Below, one piece after another: positions 12,551-23,428 of a stretch of DNA of 64,000 nucleotides. Position numbers and translations under genes: made by a program. The stretch is from Mizuhopecten yessoensis (lineage: Eukaryota), in NCBI RefSeq assembly GCF_002113885.1, contig NW_018408907.1:647907-711906 (forward strand), read 5' to 3'. Under the pieces are notes generated by a model, which worked only from the letters and a program-made list of their open reading frames with translations, was not told the DNA's origin and searched no databases. Positions within the stretch are counted from its first letter, which is position 1. The number at the start of each line of letters is the position of its first letter.

Positions 12551-13565
12551 CTGTAACCTACTTTAGACATTTTACATACATTACTTAAAAAAATGTGATC
12601 GGTGATTTATATTCTACAATATATTTTATGTTGCGCTTCTTAGATTCAGCTTCGAGAAATCACTCTTGAAGGAGAAATCGTCACTGGCAGCCATTACATT
12701 ATAATACAGAGAAAAAAGGCAAGGTTTTCGTTTAAACTCCGTTTTTTCTAGATGGTTAATTTTTAATCGGTTCAGTGACTTAAATTCTACAATATTTTTC
12801 TTCTGAGATATCGTCTTCATAAAATATTTTGAATACTAATTGACATACCGTAATAAAGTTTTAAGAGAATAGGACGTTTTCACGATAAAGTCTTAACAGC
12901 ATCGAAATGAGCATTTTATTCACTTTACACCTATTTGTTAGTTGTGTAACTTAAAGCTTATACTTTGACACTCGTACCTGACCCAAGTTACCCCTGAGGG
13001 AAGGTCACTACAGGTGTGAAGGTGACTTACCAGTGAGGAGATCTTACGGGAGCCGAACTAAGGGAGGCAGGTGCGGGTAGGGGTAAAAGCCTCAGGGGAT
13101 CGCGCGGTACTACTAATTGTAATCTTACCCCCCTGGCTAATTATAATTCTCGATGAAGGTTCACGACATATTGACATACCCTGCCAAATTCACACCTGAA
13201 CTCGTCACAGGGGAACAATTATAATGTGTATGTATACTCACTAATTAGTCGCCCTATGATTAATCGCTGTTTACTAATCGTTAAAAAAATGGATGTTAAA
13301 CGTGAACGAGTCAAAACACAACGTCTCATTATATATACAGATTTAATACATGTAATTCGTGACCAAGTCGGATTATCCACTGCATGATCGTAGGAAGCGG
13401 CTTATGTGGGAACCACCCTGCGGAATTAGGAATTTGCGTTTATGCCCTCTACATGGGGACACAAACGCGACCAAAATAAATCTGAGGCACCCTTGTAATA
13501 TTTCGGATCTTTAACTTTCTCTCTACTTCTGTTATTTCCTAGAGCCTTGCTTGGCAGTGCCACAC

Positions 13566-13925
13566 TTCTGGCTTTAGTGTTGAGCGTTCGCCAAGGTGGG
13601 AAGGCAATGGTTTCTGTCCTCAGGCTGAGACACCAAAGTCCTTAAAATGGTAGTTGCTATTCCATGCTTAACGTTCAGCATTTAGGGTAATGGCAACGAC
13701 TGGTTCACCCGTTGTCAGTATGATGTGATCGGGTGGATTGTAATACTTGGTGCTTTCAGCATGGTATTTCAGTGAGATGGCACTTTAAAATCGGCATCAG
13801 ATCCGCGCTATCACAAGGAAACAATTACATTCTGTACGCCAGCATACCCTGCCTCCGACACACATAAACAACACATGAAAGGCACATCCTAAAATGACCT
13901 TAGCGCTTCAAAGGACGTTAAATCC
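13566..13925 (+). mobile_element. tRNA-derived SINE with Meta-type central domain
   Basis: Degenerate tRNA head; AAAATGGTAGTTGCT...GACTGGTTCACCCGTTGTCAGTATGATGTGATCGGGTGG core; tail AAATGACCTTAGC...GGACGTTAAA. Confidence 0.75.
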
Positions 13926-14169
13926 TTTACTACTATCGTGACTGACAATCGGGCCAGGCTCTCGCTTGGTCATTTTTGTGAAGGTCAATCGGAACACGCT
14001 TGGCCATTTTCGTGCACTTTTGGGCAAGCGACGAAAAAGGCGAAGCTATCCGATTGTCGAGTCGCGTGATTCTGCCCTGACGGATGTAAATCAAACTGAA
14101 CACGCATTTGAACGTTTGCGTTTAATTAAATTGAAGTCGATTTTACATAAGTTCCTTTGTATTAACTCG

Positions 14170-14335
14170 TAACAGGAGTTGGGAAAAATGCACGTCTAGA
14201 TCGGGGTTCGAAGCTGGGACCCTCCTAACTCTAGACGGACGCTCTACCAATTGAGCTACCTGGTCACCGACGATCGACCCAGTCTACACAAATGTAGTTC
14301 CGCTACATTTCTCCTTCCTTAAATTAAGTCTTCGA
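14170..14335 (-). mobile_element. 3' LTR with embedded tRNA-like module plus polypurine tract (TRIM/Ajax-like non-autonomous LTR element)
   Basis: Minus strand: AAGGAAGGAGAAA|TGTAGCGG...GTAGCTCAATTGGTAGAGCG (A box)...CTTCGAACCCC (B box)...CTCCTGTTAC. Confidence 0.65.
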
Positions 14336-14759
14336 CCCCGATACTAAATCACTGTACATGTCGCAGGGATCTGAGAATTTGCTACTGTATGTTCGTTTGC
14401 TATTCTGATGGTTTGGGCTTGTTAAAGGTTTAGACCAACACTTGGTAGAATGCCACCCTAATGAAACACTAGTATATACATATGTATATATATGGGTCAA
14501 AGAAATAATATAGACGGTAAAATCCCATATAACACTGGATCCTAATGGAGGTATGTCCGTAGGATACGAATTACTTAAAATATTATATGGGGCAAAGAAG
14601 TAAATCCAACAGTGTGGACAAGTTTAGTTTGTCAAATTTTCGGAGCGACCGCTCACATATATAGAGCAGATCTAATTAAACCCCTTAAAACGTCTTATAT
14701 CACATCAATACATCAGTAAAGGGTCCAAACATAGCAGCCGTAACACATTCTCAAGTGCC

Positions 14760-17000
14760 TGTGGTACATTTCGACATATTCCGACTGTCATAGCAGATAT
14801 AAAAATCCGTGTCCTTGTATACGTATTGAAACAGAGACGTATATCAAACACTAGCAAGGAAAGTTTTAAAATGCATGCTAAAAAGTTTAATGCAAAGAAA
14901 CTGCCCGACAATTTCCTGGTAAATAGTGATGACCAACCATTAATCATGAATACAATTAATCGTATAGAGAATAAATTGTTTAATGTTAATGATGTAGATG
15001 GTTCATATGCAGATATTCAAGATTTTCTTCTACGTGAGATGGAGAAGTCTGGTACACGATATGCTGATAAGAAAAGCACTAGAAACATAAATAGAAAATC
15101 CCTATATAAGACACACTTGGATGATGTGCTACAACAAGCATGGGATAAGGTCAAGGTCAATGAAAGGTCATGGCTTGGATGTAATGTTTCAACAGCAGAG
15201 ATATATTGCATTGCTAGAAAGTCCTTTGACACTATTCATAGGCGGTATAAACGCCAATATCAGCAAAAGAAACAATCAGATCTGAATGAAAAAATATTTA
15301 ATAAAACTAATGGAAGGGATTTCTTGAAAGAAATTGGTAAACTAGGTATCACTGAGGACAGTAAACCTACGATTCCCTTTGAGGTTAAGGATGACCAAAG
15401 CATAGTACATCGAGATATCCCGTCAGTTATTGAACGTTGGAAAACGGACTACGAAAAGTTATTCTCCACTGATCACGGATCTGAGGCGTATAATCAAGCA
15501 CATTTTATGTCCATATGCAATGACTTGAAAACTGGTAATATATCTCCCGATACGAGTACGGATGTAGCCATGTTTAAAGCAAAAATAAATATTCAAGAGT
15601 TAATAGATGCAGTTGAATCGGCTAAAAATCATAAAGCCTCTGGCATTGACTGTATACCGGCGGAAGCTCTGAATACTCAATAATAAGTAAATGTTTCGAT
15701 AGCGGAGTCGTACCAGGTAAGTGGCAAGAAGGGATAATTAATCCCATAATCAAATCAAACAGTACTGACCCTCAGGTACCGTTAACTTACAGAGCAATAA
15801 CTCTTCAGTCTATCCCATGTAAAATTTATTGTAGTATTTTAAAAAATCGTTTAACAAAGTGGCTCGAAATGAATGGGAAATTGGCTGATGAACAAAATGG
15901 ATTCCGCAAAGGTCGCAGTTGTCGGTTGGGTTGTTTTATGGGTTGGATGTCTTGTGTATCCGAACAACGAATTGAAGTTTTAAGGTTGTGTTGTAAGTTA
16001 AAATCGGTGGATAATGACCGTATTCTGTACAAAGTTTATTCATGGTCCGCCAGGAAAGGTAAATCATGGGATGTAAAAGCTAAAAAAATTAGCAAGTAAG
16101 TTTGATATCGCCAATATTATTAATGACGCTGTAAATTCAACTAAATCCGTTATGTCAAAAATCAAACAGAAAATGTTCATCAAGGATGAAGAGACGTGGT
16201 TCTCCAGTCTTTGGTGTGATAAAGGTAACATTAACGGCAATACATTACGAACATACCGTTTATTCAAAAAAGATTTACAGCCGGAACATTACGTCACCAC
16301 TTTAATGAAAATCCACTTTTTATGTGAATGTAACCTATATGTCGACCTTTGAGTCCCTCTGTTTGAAAGAGCAAGTAGTTTAGATCAATCATTCATTTCT
16401 ATGGACCATAACGAACAATTTCTTTTTTCTTATGAATGAAGAATCGCTTCAACCTATCTTAGCGAAGTCAGTTTTCCTTTTTATGAAAAGGAGACGTGGT
16501 AGTATTTAAAACTTGATATGCATTTTAGTTTTTTTATGACTATATACCTCGTAATATATGGTTCATATTATTGCTTTTAGTAGGCAGCATTACGACACTT
16601 TCACCATTTACTATAATTCAGTTTTAATGATTTTAGTAAATCTAATGTATGTATTTTATATGTATTTGATGTGCTAGTAATTGCCAATCCTCGAGGTCCC
16701 GATGGTGGGGGAGGGGCGACTTGTCGGTAGGGATTGGTCAAACCACTGTCGCTCTTCTCCCACCATCGGATCCTAAGCATTCATTCATTTTTTATGTTAT
16801 GTACAGTGTAATATATGATTCTTTTTATTGAGAATCATTAATAGATTCTATGTTTTAATATATATAAATTTTAAGTAGTGTCTCGTAAAGCAGTATGGCT
16901 GGGCATATTTTGCATATGGGTATTTTTATCATGTAAGTGATGTGTTATGTAAAATATGTGTGACACTTAAATAAAATATTTTATTATTATTATTATTATG
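14760..17000 (+). mobile_element. Decayed non-LTR retrotransposon (RTE-X/CR1-like), internally deleted
   Basis: KASGIDCIPAEAL, YRAITLQSIPCKIY and DEQNGFRKGRSC (RT N-terminal motifs); C-terminal LRTYRLFK...HFLCEC; stops and frameshifts; AATAAA plus (TTA)n tail near 16970-17000. Confidence 0.9.
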
Positions 17001-18585
17001 TATTTACTATATCTTCCCCGTTTTCGGGCCAGATACTATCGTCAAATCAAATGACATGTGAGATAAGGCAGAGTAATGAGAATATATATATGTGTATTTT
17101 TATTATGTAAGTGATGTGTTATGTAAAATATGTGTGACACTTAAATAAAATATGTTATTATTATTCATATATATTACAAACATTTGCAACTTGCTCTTTA
17201 CCTTACCATTGGCAGGGATGTGTAGTGTTACCGGATGTCATATCGCGAGTTACGCTTCACCTGCGCCATATTGGATATACGGTTCACTACGTTCAAAAAT
17301 CCTGTCCTGTTCAGAACATAATATTAATTATGCAATGAGGAAACATCGAAGATCAACGCAATATTAAACCCGTAGCTAGCTGAGATTTCCATGCGGTTTG
17401 GGAGTGCTACATTGAATGTAAACACCAAGCATCGAAAGATTGCACGTCGTGGCTGTGTTTACGTATCGGGATTGATTCTGGCTTCAGGAGAACACAANAC
17501 GAACAATTTCTTTTTTCTTATGAATGAAGAATCGCTTCAACCTATCTTAGCGAAGTCAGTTTTCCTTTTTATGAAAAGGAGACGTGGTAGTATTTAAAAC
17601 TTGATATGCATTTTAGTTTTTTTATGACTATATACCTCGTAATATATGGTTCATATTATTGCTTTTAGTAGGCAGCATTACGACACTTTCACCATTTACT
17701 ATAATTCAGTTTTAATGATTTTAGTAAATCTAATGTATGTATTTTATATGTATTTGATGTGCTAGTAATTGCCAATCCTCGAGGTCCCGATGGTGGGGGA
17801 GGGGCGACTTGTCGGTAGGGATTGGTCAAACCACTGTCGCTCTTCTCCCACCATCGGATCCTAAGCATTCATTCATTTTTTATGTTATGTACAGTGTAAT
17901 ATATGATTCTTTTTATTGAGAATCATTAATAGATTCTATGTTTTAATATATATAAATTTTAAGTAGTGTCTCGTAAAGCAGTATGGCTGGGCATATTTTG
18001 CATATGGGTATTTTTATCATGTAAGTGATGTGTTATGTAAAATATGTGTGACACTTAAATAAAATATTTTATTATTATTATTATTATGTATTTACTATAT
18101 CTTCCCCGTTTTCGGGCCAGATACTATCGTCAAATCAAATGACATGTGAGATAAGGCAGAGTAATGAGAATATATATATGTGTATTTTTATTATGTAAGT
18201 GATGTGTTATGTAAAATATGTGTGACACTTAAATAAAATATGTTATTATTATTCATATATATTACAAACATTTGCAACTTGCTCTTTACCTTACCATTGG
18301 CAGGGATGTGTAGTGTTACCGGATGTCATATCGCGAGTTACGCTTCACCTGCGCCATATTGGATATACGGTTCACTACGTTCAAAAATCCTGTCCTGTTC
18401 AGAACATAATATAAATTATGCAATGAGGAAACATCGAAGATCAACGCAATATTAAACCCGTAGCTAGCTGAGATTTCCATGCGGTTTGGGAGTGCTACAT
18501 TGAATGTAAACACCAAGCATCGAAAGATTGCACATCGTGGCTGTGTTTACGTATCGGGATTGATTCTGGCTTCAGGAGAACACAA
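16411..18585. repeat. 1087-bp near-identical tandem duplication split by a single N (likely assembly artefact)
   Basis: 16411-17497 matches 17499-18585 with two substitutions seen; N at 17498. Confidence 0.9.
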
Positions 18586-19133
18586 CTCCGGTTTTGTTCT
18601 TTAAACAATTTCAAAAATATCTTCAGATATGAATTATTTGATAATATTTTTAACAAGGTTCCTAAAAATATTGTTGTAACAATATTTACAAAGTTCAAAA
18701 AACTAAGCTCTGAAAATACAGTTTTGTTTAAGGATAATAAACAAGTTAAAATGGCGGCTGTGATGTGTGAGGGTTATTTTTCATGACACATTAGAACACG
18801 AACTCCTTTTTAATTCACTATTCAATTTCAAAAATATCTTCAGATATTGATTATTTGATAATATTTCTAACCATGTTCTTAAAATCTTAAAATGAGGTTG
18901 TTACAATACTTGCAATATTCAATAATTTAGCTCTGAAAATACTTTTTTTAAGGATAATAAACAAGTTAAAAGGGTCTGATGTGCGAGGGTGTTTTTTAAG
19001 ACAAATTAAAACACGAACTCCTTTTTAATTCATTATCTAATTTCAAAAACATCCTCAGATAGTTATTCAAACATAGTATTTCTAGCCAGGTTTTTCAAAT
19101 AAGTTTGATCATTGAGCTCCGAAAATACACTTT
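18579..19133. repeat. Degenerate ~215-bp tandem repeat, ~2.6 copies
   Basis: AACAC(G)AACTCC...TTTCAAAAATATCTTCAGAT...AAGGATAATAAACAAGTTAAAA starts at 18579, 18795 and 19010. Confidence 0.85.
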
Positions 19134-19674
19134 AAAATATAAAAGTTAAATTGGGGCTGTGATAAGTATCACAACGAAAATTTCTGTTCGTTGTAATGTG
19201 TACTTTGAAAGTAGATTTCCAAGATGTTGAATTGTAGTCCAAATATAAAATGTATTTAATAACTGTATCTAGGTCGGTGGGCGATTTCTGGGGTATCCTA
19301 AAATCTACCCGTACGGTCCGAGTCCTAGCTCCTAACTGATTACAAAACATGTAGAACAGTGATACATTGACAATTAACAAAATAAAGTTTATTTGATTGA
19401 CAGCTGTCACTTATCTCTCTATTCTGACTGGTGAGTACCCGAACAGGTAAGGCAATTAGCCTGTCCTTAAGTGTCATAATTGGTAAGTCCAGCTAATCTC
19501 ATTACGTAACATAATTGACTTGAAAGGTATAATGTAGAAGATGGACACCAATATTGCATGAGATAATCTTACGACAATGAATCAAAGAAGTTACATATAA
19601 CTACATCGAAAGTAACATATATTTACACATAGATGTTTTCTTAAATGGTACAAATGTTATTAAATAGCTTTTAG

Positions 19675-19708
19675 CACGGAATTAGATTTATTGTTATCTA
19701 AGTCCGTG
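19675..19708. mobile_element. P-element-like excision footprint (34 bp = 17+17)
   Basis: CTTTTAG|CACGGAATTAGATTTATTGTTATCTAAGTCCGTG|CTTTTAG; 7-bp direct repeat on both flanks. Confidence 0.8.
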
Positions 19709-20478
19709 CTTTTAGGTATGAAATTGTTACTGAACGAAATTAAATGGCGAAAGTTTGTAGGAGGAAATCCAAAACAATGAATGAGATGAAATGTTAAATT
19801 AATGTGCGAGGGTTAATTCCTTTCATGACACCGGCACTCCTTGACGTATTCAGATATAAATATATATATATGAGCCATACATCTTGGATAGGTAACATGT
19901 TGACACGAACTAACGAATACACGATCGAATTATCACAGGTAACACACTGACCAGACTATCGTCACAGGATCGATATCATTCGGCTTCGACATGTGCTTTT
20001 ATAATTAGCTGTCAAAATGATCACCTAGACCTTCCGCGTGATTGCGCAGCCGCAACCCAAGTCTCGCGGCGTTTCTTATTCCACTGCTTGCACATATATG
20101 ATCATCATGCGGGTTTTTGCGTAAGTTGCTAATCTCTGTAATATGTATGTCTCTGATTGAAAGACGCATATTGAATTATTCCAATTCTTGATCAAAATCT
20201 TCTTACACAAATAATTTGAAACCGTTCAGTATTTCAATGGACGTATAGTTCACGCCCCACCGATTTTAATCTTATGGACAATTGGGGATATTTATTCATA
20301 ATAAGGAACACATGTTTACATACTTAGAGAAATACCTGTGTATGTTATGTTAACAATGGATGGGCAATACACATTTAGGAATTTATTGTAGGGTGACCTG
20401 TGTAAGGTTAAATCCTAACAATATAGTGAATACGTTGTAGAGGTCTAAATGCTGTATAATCCATTCCTCACTAGTTCG

Positions 20479-20617
20479 GTTTATTTGTGTTTTACTTCCT
20501 ATTAAAAGCGATGATCATTTAGGGACGTGCTAGGTGGTGGTGCATGGTGGTGGTGGAGGAAAGTCGGAGTTCCCGGAGAAAAACCTACGGCTAGTACGTG
20601 GCGACTGCCCCACGTCA
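20479..20617 (-). mobile_element. V-SINE fragment
   Basis: Reverse complement has the V-domain GGTTTTTCTCCGGGAACTCCGACTTTCCTCCACC and the shared tail; homologous to 40685-40863. Confidence 0.8.
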
Positions 20618-21993
20618 AGTAGTTAGCCTCATTTCTTGACCGGGTTGTTTATCAGTTTTCTGAAGAATACTGGTTCACAGGCACTTGAGTTTAGAATAAC
20701 ACTTTTAGCTATGTTTCATTTTTTATTTATTTGTGTATTAGCTCCCTAAAGTGCATGTGATTGGTCTCCGTAAATGAGACACAATTTAAGTTGCACAGTA
20801 AAACGGGCTTGGCCTCAACGGAAGTGTGATTTTATGAAGGGCCAATTGTAAAATAGGTTATGACTGTGATAAAACATAGAGAAGTGTCCTTGAAGTTTGA
20901 CCTTCCTGGTTTCTATCCTATTTTTTGTGGCGAGATAACAATGACAGTGCAAATCGTCCGATAACAGGGGATCATAAAATGTAATGTCATAAACGGCTGT
21001 TAAATGATCTTACTATAACTAACATCATCCACGACACAGATTTCTGTGACGTCTGATATTCTAAAATTAAAAACGATTCAAAATCGTTTATGCAACAAAT
21101 GACACAAACCAATCAAAAATACATGTAAGGAAACGTATTGCTCGTGCTTTCGAATGTATTTATATAAATGACGGGAGAATGTCATATATAACATTTGTTA
21201 ATTTTAAACATAGTTTATTTCTTTAAATTGCAAAGATTACAAAACTTATAAAGGCACCTTGCAGTATATAAGATCGCATGAAAACACCAGAAAAACGACA
21301 ATGAAGATTTACGGAATGATAGAAAAGGACGATGAGAGGGGAAAAGGTCGACCTAGAAGAAACGGGTTGATTCCATCACAAACTGTTGAACGGATGTAAA
21401 TAAAAACGTGTTTTCCTCATCGAGAGCGATTCATATCCCAACAATATCGGCCAAAGAGTTACAGTCCGGTATACCACCAACTTAATCACGAATGTATTTC
21501 TGATTATTTCATAATACCTGCATACAAAGAAAAAAATATTCATGTGAAATAGCGAATCATTGTCCTACCCTGAGGGTGTGACAGAGAAATCTCCAATTCA
21601 AAATTATTTCAACTTGTTTCCGGATCCCATTCCTCTGTACTTTGTATGTTATGTGGTGTCAAGTAACTTAATGTGGAATGAGATAACGTTTATATTAAAG
21701 GGTGATTGATCGAATTTTATTTTTTTATTTTGTTCTCTAGCACGTTTGACATATTTGATATTACACAGCAGTAAAATTCCCAGCAAATAAGAATGTTACA
21801 TATTTTTGTGATATACCGCTTATATACTTTTCCAGTTGTGTTAAGTAGCGATATTGGCCTACAAGAGTCAAGTTTCTAACTTTTTTTTATACTCACACTA
21901 CAAGAGTGTTTTTCGGTTAAAGAACAAGGACAATGACCTCGATCAAGTGATTTACGGAAAATGAAAAAAAAATGAAGGGTTAATACACAACGA

Positions 21994-22136
21994 GTGGTTG
22001 TTGAATATGGTATTTATTTCACTCGAGTAAGTTAATTTTCAAAAGTTACAAAAGACACGAGCTTTAGCGAGTGTCTTTCTGTAACTTTTGATAATTAACT
22101 AACGAGGGTGAAATAAATACCATACTCAACAACCAC
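21994..22136. mobile_element. Foldback (hairpin) element
   Basis: ~65-bp arms GTGGTTGTTGAATATGGTATTTATTTCAC...AAAGACAC / GTGTCTTT...GTGAAATAAATACCATACTCAACAACCAC around a GAGCTTTAGCGA centre. Confidence 0.85.
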
Positions 22137-22195
22137 GAGTCGTAATACTAATAAAACTAAAGCAGTGATTTTTCAATCTAGACGCTGTGTCCAAA

Positions 22196-23428
22196 CAACT
22201 AGCAAGAAAGTAAAACCGTTTTTTATTTAATAAAAAGGAAATTGAACATGTTGCCGAATATAAATACTTAGGCACAACGCTTTGTAACAACGGTAAATTC
22301 ACGTTAGCAGTTAAAGAACTTTGTGCAAAAAGTAAAAAAGTTCTATTTGCAATTAGGCAATATCTAAATAAAATAGCTGATATGCCAATTTGGTTATGGA
22401 AGAAGTTATATAACTCCTTAATATGACCAATATTAACATACAACTCTGAAATATGGTATGCAGACCACTATCAAAAGATTGTAAATGCAAGCAAAAGAGC
22501 AGATTTAAATCATACACCTTTAGACATATTTTCTCTACTTGATAAAACACCTATTGAACAAATCAAGCTCAAATTCTGCAAAATGGCATTGGGAGTTGGA
22601 AAATACGCTGTAAATTTTGCATCGAGGGAAGAACTGGGTCAGTATACCATGGACTGTTTTGTGAATACTCAAGCATTGTGCTATTTGGCAAGGATTACAC
22701 AAAAGGATATAAATGTACTTGTAAAGGAGTCGTTAAAAGTAAATATACATGGTTTACATATGTTTCCCAAATAAAAAAGAATAATAATATTAACTATGAC
22801 TCTCATCACGACCCATTCTTTGCAAAAAAGAAAAGGAAAATTAAACTATTGTTTAAAAAGTCGATACATGCTAAATTTGAATCTTACTTTTTTGAAAAAA
22901 TGCATAGTTGGGACGAAAATAGTAAGTTATTTCTATACAGTAAAATTTAAAAAAAGTATGCAGAGGAACACTACCTATCGTTACCCAAATTTGAATATAG
23001 AAAATTGATGGCAAAGCTGAGACTAAGCAACCACAATTTAGAAATTGAGGCTGGTAGATCTAAAAAGATTCCTCGACAATACCGACTATGTAAATTCTGC
23101 AATACTGTAGAAGATGAAGTACATTTTATATTTAAATGCAAAACAAATATAAATATCAGGACTACGTTTCTCAAAACAAATAAAATTAACCCATCATTGC
23201 CTCATCTACAAAATTTAATATTATTATTGTCATCTAATGACCCACAGCTTTTGCAGGAAATAAGCCTCTTTATTAAAAAGTCATTTGAACTGAGGAAGGC
23301 AGGCTTGCAGAAGTATGTAGTTTTTTTTGCTGTCCATAATATAGTATCAATGTTTGTTTGCTGTTTGCAGCTCGATCCTTGTAAATTGGATGTAAAATGC
23401 AATAAAGTTGATTGATTGATTGATTGAT
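22196..23428 (+). mobile_element. 5'-truncated decayed non-LTR retrotransposon (RTE-X/CR1-like C-terminus)
   Basis: EIEHVAEYKYLG, PILTYNSEIW and KLRLSNHNLEIEAGR...RLCKFC...EDEVHFIFKC motifs; AATAAA plus (TTGA)n tail at 23401-23428. Confidence 0.9.

Noticed and set aside
14190-14262. Functional tRNA gene on the minus strand
   Set aside because: The B box and acceptor stem are degenerate and it is embedded in a repeated LTR-like unit; treated as TE-derived.
16683-16769. HDV-like ribozyme
   Set aside because: A P1-like helix with a G-U first pair exists, but P1.1 (GG), P3, P4 and the J4/2 catalytic strand are not identifiable.
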